NCBI GenBank assembly: GCA_964036045.1
Contig: OZ038378.1
Coordinates: 190,216,001-190,280,000, forward strand
Source of the DNA: Eutreptiella sp. 'Long Island Sound 2002'
Lineage: Eukaryota > Protista > Euglenida
Direction: 5' to 3'
Length of the DNA stretch: 64,000 bases
The notes under the pieces were generated by a model. The model was not told the DNA's origin. It made no database searches and worked only from the letters and a program-made list of their open reading frames with translations. Every line of letters begins with the position of its first letter. Position 1 is the first letter of the stretch. Positions 24,366-36,635 of the stretch are shown piece after piece. Position numbers and translations under genes: made by a program.

Positions 24366-24551
24366 CCCAGCACGTTCTTTATGGAGCAGCTGGGGGCCTT
24401 TGAGCTCTGGCTGACATTTGCTGGACCCAACTCACCGCCACCGCAGCAGCTGCCCATCGTGTTGCAAGTGCTGCTGTCGCCGAGCCACAGACTAAGGGCT
24501 CTGTCGTTGTTGGCCCGATTCTTGGATATGGGGGACCGATTCATCGACATG
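24366..24551 (+). CDS. RPTOR: Raptor exon i: [62 protein letters not shown]
   Basis: gtcag| ... |gtatgg; matches SPFFAEQLTAFQVWL...[22 protein letters not shown]. Confidence 0.97.
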
Positions 24552-25390
24552 GTATGGCCACCGCCGCTCGCTGCAGTCACATCGATACCAAAGATGTCGA
24601 CGAGTTTGCGCATTGAATATTGCAGAGGGGTGTAGCAGGGGTGTACCAGGGGTGTAGAAGGGGGTGACTCCCGTGCCCAAATGCGCGATCTTCGTGTGTT
24701 GCCACCCTCCCCTTCCGCCGTTCCCCCAAGTGTACACTTGGGCCTGCCGTATCCCATTTTGGTGCCGTTTCTGTGACAATGGGCTTTGAAACATGACAAG
24801 GAGGGCAAATCATATCCGTGCGATTTTTCACGGGTTTTAAGGTGCTCTTGTGTTTTGGCAGAAAGTGCTGGTGCTCCGAAGCCTTTTTTTTTTTTAGCGC
24901 TGTCCCAAGGGCTGCGTCGTTTTGAGAAAGACAAGAGCAGTAACCTTAGCAGAGCAGCCTTGCAGGGGGAGGGATGTGCCCATGGTATGAATCCCTGTCC
25001 CCAATTCTTCAACTGAACGTGTGATACAGCGGTCCGGCGGTCGCCGCACGGCGGCAGCACCATGTGCCTAACGTGGCGGGACCGCTGTGTTCTACGTGTT
25101 GATCCCCCCCACCCCCCGAATCACCCTTGTTGTTGTGGAGGGGTGTAGAGGGGTGTGGAAGGCTGTCGATGGGGTGTGGAAGGGTGTGGAGGATGGGTGA
25201 AGGTCGCGGAGGTGTGCGGGGAGAGAGCTGTAGAACATTTGTGGAGGGGAGCCCTCAAGGCCAACGGATGAAGAGTATTTGGAAAGGAGGGAAGCACACC
25301 TCCTGGGGTCATGCTCGGGCCCCGCTTTGCCTCATTGCGCAGTGTTTGCGGGGCTCTGCTTTGGGTGCTTTCGCGGGGGTCTTTCTACAG

Positions 25391-25501
25391 GCGCTGTCTG
25401 TGGGCATCTTCCCATACGTGCTCAAGTTACTGCAAAGCCAACAGCCGGACCTCCGGAGCATTCTGCTGTTCATTTGGGTCAAGATTCTGGCGCTGCACCG
25501 G
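25391..25501 (+). CDS. RPTOR: Raptor exon j: [37 protein letters not shown]
   Basis: ctacag| ... |gtgtgc; matches [16 protein letters not shown]...FIWAKILA. Confidence 0.97.
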
Positions 25502-26216
25502 GTGTGCCATGGCAGAGTGTGGGGCTTGTATTCTTTGTGTGTGCCACCCCTCCCCCCCGCCTGCCCCCCAACCTCGTCAGAAAAATTTTCCGCGCCTTCG
25601 GCGCCGGAGTTCATAACAACTAATTAATGGTGCCTGTCAATTGAGCCCTTTTCCCAACCCCCCCCCCCAGATTTTGGGGGGCTCTATTGAACCCCCCCCC
25701 CCCTCCACTGCAAGCCCGACAAGCCCGGTATGGGGTCGCACAACACCGTGCACAACCCTCATCCCCCCCCCCCGCCTCGACACACGCAAAACGAACTCCT
25801 CCAAACCCGCCGGGCAGCCGCCGGTCAGGAGCGCAGGCCTGGGGACCAATGGAGAGCCAGGGGATGGGGGCATGAAGGGGGAGCTTCACCGCACCCGACG
25901 CCCTCCTGGGCGAGACCACCCTCCTCCATGTGACAGCAGGCGACCGCAGTCCCGACGATACTTCCCGACCTTCATTGAGCATTACAAATGGTGAATTTTT
26001 TTTTAACAAATATATGGCAAATGATGACTTTTCTGAACCCCCTCGACGCACTGATTCCAAAAATCCCATTTTCAATTTTTGCCGATTTTTGGGTCTGGGT
26101 CACCTCCGAGGCCTGGGGTTCAGTCTCGGTAGGATTTTTGGGGGTCCTGTCAATTGAGCCTTTTTGGGGGAGGGGGGGGGGGGCTTGCCAGGGGGCTCTA
26201 TTGGACCCCCCCCCCT

Positions 26217-26450
26217 CCAGCATGGACTCGGAGTGTGCATCTGGATGCACCTGGTCAACGGCACGGGCAACAGCCCGTCTCTGGGACAGCTGACCCTGGA
26301 GTAGTCAAACAGGACAAGTCATCCAGGGGCTCCGTTGACACAACCAAAACACGTTCGGGCCCACAGAGGGTCAGAATGAGCAGTGGCGAGAGGCCAATAG
26401 GCGCTGCCGAAGGCAAACAATCAGATACCGAGGCCTTGTGCCAACCCCCC
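26217..26450 (+). mobile_element. Dispersed repeat of about 220 bp ending in poly-C (copy 2)
   Basis: ccagcatggactcggagtgtgcatctggatgcacc...gccttgtgccaacccccc, shared with 5376-5600. Confidence 0.85.
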
Positions 26451-27388
26451 CCTCCAATTGCAAGCCCGGTTGCCCACGCCGCCCCCCGATTGCCCGGGAC
26501 CCCCAGTCGTCGTCATGCATCCCAGGCCGCTTCTCATCCCGCGGTGCTGCGGGCTGCTGCATGGGCTGAACGGCATGGCACACACATGGGCAGCGCCCCG
26601 CATGTGCTTGCCCCCATTCTGCTGGCCCTTGGGAGGAAGGCCTGTTGGCACCCCCCTGCTGCTGCCATGCTACTGCCCCGAGGCACCGCTCTCAATTGCT
26701 TCCCCGCAGTGCAGAGTCAGCCCACATTTCCCAGGACAAGTCGCTGCGGTGCGCGCGTCGCCTGACTGCCCTTTATTTTGGAAACTTTGGGTTCAATTCG
26801 CGCAGCTCTTTTCTGGTGAAGGGTGCGGCCGGAGCCTCAGGCGATGTTGTTGGGATTGGTGGGGGTACAAGAGGAAGACGAAGCCCTCCTGCCTTCCGCA
26901 CCACAGCCGCCATCGACATCTGAAACGGCCCACACTTCCTACTAAACGCTTTTGTAACAGCCAGAAACCCCCCCCCAAGCGCGTTACTGCTCCGATATCA
27001 CTGCGCTTCTTCCCGCCCCAGCGCGCCCCCCCCGCAGCCTTGAGCTGGCGACCGGCCATTCCATTCCGCATGCACCCACTTGGGGAGGATCTGTGATACA
27101 CCGTCGCCGGTGTCCCGGCGTTGGCCACGTCCAAGTCACGCGTGTTCTACGTGGGTGCTCGGACCGGCGGACAGACGGCGGGGGACATCCCGCGCTGCAT
27201 GACCCGCGGAGACCTACGGTAGGGGAAGGCCTGACACGCGTCTGCACAACGACCGGGTGCGTGGGAGGAGGTGCCGAGCGATGGTCGCCGGGGTTCCAGC
27301 GCCCTGAAGCTGTTGAGCAGTCATGCGGACTGGACCCCAGCTGCCCGGGTCCCTTTTGGGGGTCGGTACGCCCCCCCCCCCCCCGCAA

Positions 27389-27605
27389 AGGGATGCATTG
27401 GAAGGGTGGAGGTACCCCCCCCCCGCCCCCTCCACGGAGCTCATCCTATGCCCAGCCACTGTCTCCCTGACGGTAGGTGCCAGGCTCAATGGCATTTGTA
27501 ACCGATAGTAACCGCCCCCCAACCGCTTTGGCAACCTCCTCCAACCGCCTATCCCACCGCTTCTGGGGCCGCCTCTGAGGTCCCTTCCCTTCTAATGCAT
27601 CCGTG
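27389..27605. mobile_element. MITE with TIR agggatgcatt(a/g)gaaggg
   Basis: Inverted ends; body is the reverse complement of about 21262-21460; relatives at about 50240-50420, 12600-12690 and 32350-32420. Confidence 0.78.
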
Positions 27606-28649
27606 CGGCCTAGGCCCCTGACCAGTGCACTGGCGCACATTTAAGCTGGTCCCGTCCCATGATTGACTTTGTGCACGAATTTCATGAGTTGCCATCTTAT
27701 TTCCCTGGCCGCGGAATCCCTGTGCTATGCCCTGAGCGATGAGCCGTACACAATCCAATTTTGTAGGCATTTGCTCAATGGCACTAAGAGAAAACAAAAT
27801 GAACAGTGGGGCTGGGCTCCTGGGCCATCACCCAAGAGGGCTACACCCCTGCGGCGCGCCTCGTCCACCTCCTCGTCAAGTTTATCATCGCTCACCCCGA
27901 AGGATACCTCGTGCAGCAGTGATGCGATTGAGTCAGAGGTCAATTACTCCCCGGATGACAAATAAAGTGGGAGTGGCCATGGAAGGCACCGAACCGACAC
28001 ATACATGGGATTGGGCACTCCATGTGGTGTAACTTGAAACGTGAAACGATACGAAACGCGAAACGAAACGAAACGCTCGTCGTGCGGGAATGGGCACCCC
28101 GTTCGGCGAGGGGGAGTCGTTGCAAGCAACCTCTCCTTGGGGTATGGGGTAGAAGCACCAATGGGGCTCTGCTGCTTCTCGCCGAGGGAGTAACGCCCCT
28201 CCTCCGCAACCACAGTAGAAGGGCGCGATTCCCTACCACACTTTGCACATTGAGCCGGGGCCGTAGTCTCTATTGTAGAGAGCGATGGTGTCAACAGATC
28301 AATGTGCACCCCCCCTCCCTCCCCCCCCAACCCCAACCCCCTCCCACTCAGTGGGTTTTGTATAGGCAGGTATTCCAAATGGTCATGGAATGGTGTTTTT
28401 TCTTTCTTGTTGCAAGTTTCACTATTTCTGCATTTTAAGAGGATTATTCCTGCCCTGCGGCGCCTGCGGCGCGCCCTGCGGTGCACAGGAGTAGCCCTCC
28501 AAGCCCTAAGGGGGAAGGGGGGAGGTCTGAGAAGGGGCCTCCAACAACGCATGCGAACCTGATCCCCCCCCCCCATCCCAATCCGTAGCGGTTGTGGAGG
28601 ACCTCCGGCGGGCGGTGTGGCTGCCTTCGCCTCCTCCGGCACACGCCCA

Positions 28650-29003
28650 GTCGGTCAATAGAGCCCTCCAAAACAAATGGGGCTGGGGGTTCGCGAAAAG
28701 GGCTCAATTGACAGGACCATTAATCACTGATTATAAACTTTGGTGCCAAAGGCGCCGAAAATTTTTTGCAGCATTGAAAATGGTCAAATGATGACTATTC
28801 TGAACCCCTCGACACGCTGATTCCAAAAATCCCATTTTCATTTTTTTGCTGAATTTGGGGTCAGGGTCACCTCTGGGGCCCGGGGGTCAGTCTCGGTAGG
28901 ATTTTTTGGGGGGCCGCTCAATTGAGCCTTTTTGGGGATGGGGGGGGCTAGCCTGAGGGCTGTATCCCCCCCGCGCCCCGAGTTGAAAGCCCGCCCACCC
29001 CTG
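28650..29003. mobile_element. 5'-truncated copy of the 41090-41498 MITE
   Basis: Collinear homology ending in the same ttgaaagcccgcccacccctg. Confidence 0.8.
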
Positions 29004-29059
29004 CATGCCCGCTGACCCGGCAGATCTCATGCGTTGGGGCCAACAAAGCCAATACCCAG

Positions 29060-29263
29060 AGCTGCGCCACGGATCTGATGAAGGACAATGGCCACACGCT
29101 GTTCCTGGAGATCATGAAGGCGAACCCGCAGTCGCCCCCGCACTCCCCCACGACGGCGCCGCCCACCGCCGCCACCATGAGCGAGCCCGGCAGCGAGCGC
29201 ATGTACGCCCCCGAAGTCCCGCTGCCGTCCCTGCAGTCGTGGTCCACTACGGAGGCCCAGAAG
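29060..29263 (+). CDS. RPTOR: Raptor exon k: SCATDLMKDNGHTLFLEIMKANPQSPPHSPTTAPPTAATMSEPGSERMYAPEVPLPSLQSWSTTEAQK
   Basis: cccag| ... |gtgtgc; N-terminal half matches SCQADLVKDNGHKYFL. Confidence 0.92.
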
Positions 29264-29290
29264 GTGTGCAACCCCCCACCCCCTCTGGCC

Positions 29291-29455
29291 CCAAGGATGT
29301 ATTGGAACGGCTGACAACCACAGGAGGACACCCCCCCCCCTGGAACCCCCCCTGGACTCAGGTTCATAGTGGGAAAAAATGAAATATTGATTTGGGCCAT
29401 TTTTGGTACACAAATTTTTGGGTTCCATAACCCCCCCCCCCCCCTCTCCTCTCTG
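29291..29455. mobile_element. CAGGG-related MITE, partial
   Basis: caaggatgtattggaacggctgacaaccacaggagg end shared with 30437; same internal module. Confidence 0.7.
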
Positions 29456-30436
29456 GACACGGGTTCCGCAGTTCTCCACGCCACGGAGTGCCCCGCGGGC
29501 CTGTCACAATGCATCCTTGTGGAATGCCCCGGCGGGTTACTCGTGGATCCCACCCCCTGATCACAGCCGCTGTGAGTGTACAGGGCACACAGCAAAGCAC
29601 AGCCGTTTCACCAGTGCTTCGGCTACGGCAGCAGCGGCCCCCGGATGCCTCACGAGTCCGAGGAGGCAGCCAGCGTGGCCAAGCAACCCCAAGTGACGGC
29701 AAGGCAGCGCCGGTGGAAGGGCTCTATCCACACACATACCCTTACCTCTCTTCCAATACATCCAAGAGCGCCCGTCACACTGCAATGAGCACAAGACCCA
29801 TGGAGGGTGGGAGTGTGAGGTGCCTGGGCTGGTGCCTGGACTAGTGGCTGGGTTGTCCCCTTGGCACACATTCCTGTGCTCCCCCCTTTTCATGGCGTTT
29901 TGCACTCAGAAGCATCGGACAATGAGGGACGCAGAAGGAGATTCCCAGAGCCCCTCATCCACCCGCAAGCCCCCGCTTTTTGTGGTTTCCATTCCTCAGA
30001 ATCCCCCAACTGGACGCTAGGCCCTGCCAGGGGAGCTCACAGGGCCCAAACCAACCAGGGCCAAAAATGTGCCCACCGGGATTTCCTGTTGCACGGCGGC
30101 ACCGGCCACAGTGCTGCCCCCGCACTGTTGACGAGGGCCACCCTCGCCTTGGCCTTCTTGCCCTCCGTGCCATTTGTGTTGCAGCCGGAAACATTCACTC
30201 CTGCCATGGACACACCTTCAAGATAGGGATGTGGCATGGCATCTCAAGGAGGTGCATCTCGGCGTCCTCGCCCGCCGGCGCTTCGGCGGGGCCCATCGGG
30301 GGCTGAGAGCAGTCCGTTCGGCCTTGAGAACTGGAGCAGCAGGCGGTGCAGCCCCGGTGTTGAGCAGAGGGGAGGCGACCACGACCCAGGGCCCTGCCGG
30401 CATATACGGCATTGCCCCATTGCCCCCCGCCCCCCC

Positions 30437-30613
30437 AAAGGATGCATTAGAACGGTTGACAACCACAGGAGGAGCCCCCCCCCCCCCCCCCACCAAAGTG
30501 ACCATCGTGGGAAAAACGAAATTGACCGTTGGGTAAATCTTATTGGGCCATTTTGGTGCACAAAGTTTTGGGTCCCAGACCCTCCTCTTCCGTCCTCTCC
30601 TCTAATACATCCG
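30437..30613. mobile_element. CAGGG-related MITE
   Basis: Ends ggatgcattaga / tctaatacatcc; same internal module. Confidence 0.75.
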
Positions 30614-30875
30614 ACCCCCGTGCGGTGGGTACAAGGACGGGGCTTGGGATGAAACGCGCCGCCAGCCCCCCCCCCCCCCCAGACTCTGGGGAACAGGACA
30701 ACGGGTGTCGCGGCTGACTGGCCCCCGACCCCGGCCCTGAACACAGGGAGCGTGAGGGTGAGGCCAATCGACCTCACTCAATACCGTAGGGCATGCCATA
30801 CCATACCATACCCCCCCCCCCCCGCGGGGGCTTTTGTGATACTCCGTCTTGTGCCGGGCCTGCCTTCATTATCAG

Positions 30876-31070
30876 ACGTTGGCGGCGGTGGTCATCTCCA
30901 TTCTGTGCGATACGCCGGCGCCCAGCCGAGACGCTGCCCCACCGGGTACGCCCGTCACCGGGGCCTCCGTCGCCTCCAGCGCTTCGGAGGTGCACTCCCC
31001 CGTGTCGGGCCAGGGCAGTCCCCAGCAGCTCTGCCGTGACGCCGGGGGCCTCCGGCTCTGCATTGATTTG
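30876..31070 (+). CDS. RPTOR: Raptor exon l: TLAAVVISILCDTPAPSRDAAPPGTPVTGASVASSASEVHSPVSGQGSPQQLCRDAGGLRLCIDL
   Basis: atcag| ... |gtgtgc; flanks match TMTAFILAVIV and QEACLQGNLIAICLEQ. Confidence 0.88.
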
Positions 31071-31872
31071 GTGTGCCACGGGCAGTGCCATGCGTATCGA
31101 GAGGACAAGGGCGGGGGAGAGGGCGAGGGGCATGGCATAGAGCGAGGGCGGGAGCGAGCGGAGGCAAGCGAGGCCGGGGGCACTGAAGAGGCGAGGGCGC
31201 CAGAGGCCGAGGGATAGGGCGAGGGCGAGGGCAGAAACCACCAGCCAGCGGCCCTGCAGCACCCGACAGCGCTACGGTCACTAAAAATCGGGAACGGTCA
31301 CTGCTGCGTACAGCGCGGGGGGGGGGGGGGGGGACGGGGTCGTAAGGGGACAATTTCGGTTTCAGTTTGGTGCCGATATTTTCCCCACGACATTTTGTGC
31401 GCAACTTTACTTCCTGCGCCCCGTGCCTCCTCTGTGGCGGCGCCAGCCCGATATTGTTGCGCTGCTGTCGGCAGTCCGTCCGTTCGTCGTGTCCGTTCAT
31501 CTTTGCCCGCTTGGGAGCGAGAAGTTCGTCGTCGTCGAGAATGTTTGTGAGCTTTGTTTGAGTGCAAAAAAGTTGGGGGGTGTTGAAGTTTCCCGCGTCT
31601 GATGGCCCCGCACCAAAATTGGAGGTGTGCCGAAATTTCCCCTCACGAAAGTGTCCCCAGACGAAATCCCCCCTCCCTGCGACGCTGTCTCAGTAGGAAG
31701 CAGCGACATGCGGTTGGCGGTCTCCCGGTGGTTGGCCATTTAACTGCCGGTCAGGAGTCCGCAGATTTTGATTCACAAAAGGGAGGCGTGGGCTCAGTAA
31801 CAGCCCTGTGTTGGGGCGCAGTGGGGCTTCAGTAGCAGCCCCGTGGGGGGACTGAATGGGGGCTCCGTGGGG

Positions 31873-32087
31873 CAGGGAAGTATTAGAATGGCCGTACACC
31901 CCAGAAGGAGGGGGGGTTGCCCCCCCCACCCCCCTGGACCCCCCCGCCCGCCCAAGAGACCAAAGTGACCATCGTGGGAAAAACGAAATTTACAAAAGGG
32001 AAAATCTGGTCGTGCCATTTTTGGTTCACAAAATTTTGGGTTCCAGACCCCCCCCTCCGCCCCTTCCCCCCCTCTAATACTTCCCTG
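31873..32087. mobile_element. hAT-type MITE with 8-bp TSD CCGTGGGG
   Basis: TIR cagggaagtattaga / tctaatacttccctg; ccgtgggg on both sides. Confidence 0.92.
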
Positions 32088-32607
32088 CCGTGGGGGCTGG
32101 TGGGGCCTTGTTGGGTCAAAGGCGGGTCTAGTGGGAGGTCAGGGTTTGGTGGGTTTGGTGGGGGGGGCTGAGTGCAGGCGGACGGTGTTCCACACCAGAG
32201 CCCCCCCCCCCCCCCCTTGGCTTTGCCGTTGCGTCGCACGGGGCCTGTGCCTGAAGAGGGTGGGCGGGGGTGTCAGTCACTCGCCTTCTTGTGAGAGCAA
32301 CCCTCCCTCCCACTGCAGACGCTTCGGGCAGCCAACCCTCACGTGCCCTTCAACCGGTGCGTAACCGCCAGGACCCCCCTCCCCCCCACAACCGCTTTTC
32401 CAGCGGCCGGATACTGCCGTGTATGGGGTCTTCGGAGCCCCCGCCGGCCTCCGACAACGCGGGCTGTCGTTTCGGCAAATTTGGCGCGGTGACCGTTGGT
32501 TTGCTGAGGGTACCATCAATGGCAATCTTGACGCCCCCCCTGCACACGTCGTTGCAGACTGTGATACGGCCCCGCTCCTCCGGATTCCCGCCGCCCTCTG
32601 TTCACAG

Positions 32608-32671
32608 TTGGACACGCCCAATCCTCTCCTGAAGCGCTGGCTGTGCCTGTGCATCAGCAAACTGGTGGAAG
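32608..32671 (+). CDS. RPTOR: Raptor exon m: LDTPNPLLKRWLCLCISKLVE
   Basis: cacag| ... G|gtatgg; matches LNDPHPLLRQWVAICLGRIW. Confidence 0.93.
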
Positions 32672-33875
32672 GTATGGCCGTGCTCCGCGGTGGCCTGTCC
32701 TGCATCGCGCTGCGTGCCTTTGGCGGATGGGACCTGCGCGGCTCGGGAGGCACCAGGGCTCCTTTTTAACAACGCGGCACCACTCTGGGGGGGTAGCCCC
32801 CCCCCCCCCCCCCGCCCCCCGCCTGGGCCTTCGGCCAATCAAAAATGTGCTTTGGTGCTTTCGGCACCAATTATTTTAGACCAAAAATTTTCTTCGGCGC
32901 CTCTAAAACCTCAGCACCACTTTGAGGGGGGGGGGGGGGCAGGGGGGGGCTGGACCCACGTCCACCCCCCCCCAAGACCCGCCCATCCACCACCCACCCG
33001 TCCATGGCACTCATGTCCATCGCAAAGGGTACGCGTGGCGTGGGCGTCATTGACGGGCCGCATTGCTCTAGTCTTTGCAGGTAAAGACGACCCTCATGGA
33101 CAGCCTGGCGCTGACACGGGGCCGGGGAGCTTATGTGTTGGGCCAGACCCCACCCCGCCTTCAGGAACCCCCCCCCCCCCCGACCACGGACCCTCGTGTG
33201 ACAAGGCCATCCCCCAGGAGGAGCTTCCGGCACATGGTTTGTGGCGTCGGGCACCGTCCGGTGCGTTCTCTCAGGGGTGTGGAGGCCGCACCCTGCTCAC
33301 GACAACCCCCGCGGCACCCAAATCAAGCGCGGACGTCAGCCATCGTTCGGTGGGGGGAGCATGAGAGGAGGGTGGGGACTGTGCTGCTTGAGCAATGTGC
33401 CGTTGAGGTCCGGTGGTGTCTGGGGATGAAGACGGAGACGGAGACCCTCCTCCTCCTCCCCACAGGGGGGGGGGGGGGGGTTGCACCCCCTGGATTCCCA
33501 GGCAGAGGGGCTTTTGCAGCTGCCTGAGGAGTCCACCCGCAGCAAAGCTTTTATCTGGAACCCAAGGCACTGTCATCAAGCGCCCCCCCCCCTCCCGCCC
33601 TTCCTCACCCAGTGCCACTCCTCCAGTGTGGGTGTCCACAGGCACTCAAGAGGTAAAAGAGGGAGGCTATAATGCAAAGGAGGTACATGTGCTCCGGAGT
33701 ACCCTCCAGCCCCGCTGCAGAAAGCGCTGGGGTGCAGAAGGGCGCCACGGTGCTGCAAGTGTTGTACCCACGGGAGGGTGGGCAGTTGCTTCAGGCGTTC
33801 CAGCACCTTTGTTACGCCAACTGCCAACTGCCTTTGTGCATGGCAGTGCAGTATTACCGGGTGCACGTCTTTCAG

Positions 33876-33958
33876 GGTCTGAAGAAGGCATTGCATTGGC
33901 GCTGAACATGTCCGCCCACGACAAAATGTATCAGCTGCTGCACGACCGTGTGGTCCAC
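33876..33958 (+). CDS. RPTOR: Raptor exon n: (G)SEEGIALALNMSAHDKMYQLLHDRVVH
   Basis: ttcag| ... |gtatgt; matches SAHEKLYSLLSDPIPE. Confidence 0.93.
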
Positions 33959-34203
33959 GTATGTTCCGCCCCCACCCCCCGCCCGCCCGCCCGACGCGCG
34001 CCTCCGGGCCCTCTGGTTGGCTCCGCACCATCCGGAGAAGGGGGGGGGGGGGGGCTGCCAGACCGGACCATGCGGCGGCGCACTGCGCTTCCGTTGCTTT
34101 GCTGATCCGACATCCCCCCCATCCCCCGCTTATGCGCAGAGAGGGGCCCGACCCGATGCATGGGCACATAGGCGCCGCCATGCGATGTGCATGTGCCTGG
34201 GGG

Positions 34204-34231
34204 GGGTTGGGTTGGGTTGGGTTGGGTTGGG
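34204..34231 (+). repeat. (GGGTT)n telomere-like pentamer
   Basis: Directly visible. Confidence 0.85.
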
Positions 34232-35777
34232 TGAAGGCCTCGCCTGGTCGCCTACCCACGGTCCGCGCTGCCTTCCCTGCCGGACCCGACTGGGCGGCTG
34301 TACCCGGGTGTCCGGTCACAAGGCCTACCGGACTGCTGACCGCCCCCAGACCCCGCGGTGGCGCTCGCGGGCGGGTGATGCCGCCGTGCCTGTGTGTGTG
34401 TGCCCTTGTGTGTCTGAGGGGGGGGGGGGGGGCTGTGGCACACCTGCTTGCTCCATGGTTGTTCGGCGTTGGCGCACACGGCGCGGGGAAGTGTGTGCCT
34501 GGTGCTCCAGGCCCCGGCAGGGAGGCTGGAGAGCCTGACTCTGAGCCCGCCGGGGGAGATGTGGGCCTGGGCTCGCAACCTCCACGTCACTAGGACATGC
34601 TACCCAACCACTCCACGACTGCCTGTTGGCACGGGAAGGCGGTGGTACATGGCACGACTGGGGTCAGACCCGCACTCCTTGACTGCCTTCGGCACAGGTG
34701 GTGCTGCCACGCGGGCTGGGTCCGGCTCCCACGGCCGAAGGCGTACCCTGGGCAGGTGGAGGGGCACCAGGGCGCAGAGAGTGCTGCCCTGCCCTGGGTG
34801 CCACCGGTGCTGGCTGCACTGGCTGCGGCGCTACAGCCCGCGTAGACGAGGGGGCCCAGAGGGCACCACACTCGAATGGCCTCTCCGTTGCCTGGGGGGG
34901 GGGGGGAGGGGGTGGAGGGTGTGGAAGGACAACTTGCGCTGCCTCGCGGCCTTGTGGAACCACCTTTGAGGTCCCTTCACGGACCCCTGTTTGCTGATGG
35001 CCGCCTCACACACAGCAAACGCACACACCGCCTTTGGAGAAGGCGCTCCGGGCACTACCCACTGCAAATTTTCAGTACCACATCCGATTGCAGTGTGCCG
35101 TCGGTGAAGAGGATGTGTATGAACCTTCACCCGAAGTCGGGATTTGATGAACAACAATTCGGCCATGGACCGCCAGCCAACTGCCATGAACCGCCAGCAG
35201 TTGAAGGGCGGTCGTCGGGGGCGGTCCTAGTACAAAAAGTTCTTGTTGTTCAAGGATAGCCCTGGTGGCATCGTACGGCATACGATAGCGGGGAAGCGTT
35301 AGTATATGCCCCACGCGCTCTGACCACTTCCTGTCCCACACAAAGCCACGGGTGTTGGAGGATGGTCAACTACGTTGTCCCTCCACCCTCCCCCCCCTGC
35401 AGGCACATGCGGCGCCTATGTGTCCATGCATCGGGTTGGGTCCCTCTCTGGGCATAAGCAGTGGAAGCGGATGTCGGATCAGCAAAGCTGCGGAACGATA
35501 TTCTTTGGGGTTTCCCATGCAGGCCCCTGCCCCTGCCGATGCCAAGCCCCCAACCAAACCCCGCTTCCCTCCCTCAGCGCGGCCCTGCTCCCCCCACCTC
35601 TCCTCCGCCTGCCGCGCCCCATGGGGGTGCTAATCCTGCGGCACGCCATTTGTGTAATTATCATGGAACATGGGAAATTGTACTCTTTTGTACGATATGC
35701 ATTTGGGGGCTCAGTCATGCATCGCAGTGTCTTCCTTCCTACTTCCTTTACGCAAAATTGAGGAAAATTGATGCGGT

Positions 35778-36577
35778 GCTAATTACCCTAAAGCTAACTA
35801 CCCCAAAGCTGATTACCCAAAAGCTGATTACCTCAAAGCTAACTAGACCAAAGCTAATTACCCCAAAGCTGATTACCTCAAAGCTAACTAGGCCATAGCT
35901 AATTACCTCAAAGCTGATTACCCTAAAGCTTGTTACCCCAACGCTAATTACCTCAAAGCTAATTACCCCAAAGCTAATTACCCCAAAGCTGATTACCCAA
36001 AACCTAATTACCCCAAAGCTGATTACCACAAAGCTAATTACCCCAAAGCTGATTACCTCAAAACGGATTACCCCAAAGCTGATTACCTCCAAGCTAATCA
36101 CCCCAAAGCTGATTACTTCCAAGCGAATTACCTCAAAGCTGATTAAGCTGATTACCTCAAATGTAATCACCCCAAAGCTGATTACCTCAAAGCGAATTAC
36201 CCCAAAGCTGATTACCTCAAAGCCAATCACCCCAAAGCTGATTGCCTCAAAGCTAATTACCCCAAAGCTGATTGTCTCAAAGCTAATTACCCCAAAGCTG
36301 ATTACCTCAAATCTAATCACCCCAAAGCTGATTACCTCAAATGTAATCACCCCAAAGCTGATTACCTCAAAGCTGATTACCCCAAAGCTGATTGCCTCAA
36401 AGCTAATTACCCCAAAGCTGATTGCCTCAAAGCTAATTACCCCAAAGCTGATTACCTCAAACCTAACTGCCCCAAAGCCGATTACTGCAAAATCAATCAC
36501 CCCAAAGCTAACTACCCCAAAGCTGATTACCCCAAAGTTTCTTTCCCGAAAGCTAATTACCCCAAAGCTCATTACCC
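35778..36577. repeat. 15-bp minisatellite aaagct(a/g)attacc(c/t)c, about 53 units
   Basis: Directly visible; gives a minus-strand (FGVIS/FEVIS)n reading frame. Confidence 0.97.
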
Positions 36578-36635
36578 TTACCCTGTGGCGCGCAGTAAGC
36601 GCTCCCCATGTCTGAAACCTTCTCCTGTGTCTCAG

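Noticed and set aside
26020-26040. C/D-box snoRNA-like ATGATGA...CTGA
   Set aside because: The boxes are only a few nt apart and recur as part of a MITE body (also at about 28790 and 41280).
34204-34231. Chromosome end or telomere addition site
   Set aside because: Only about 5 TTGGG units lie inside an intron, with the gene continuing on both sides.
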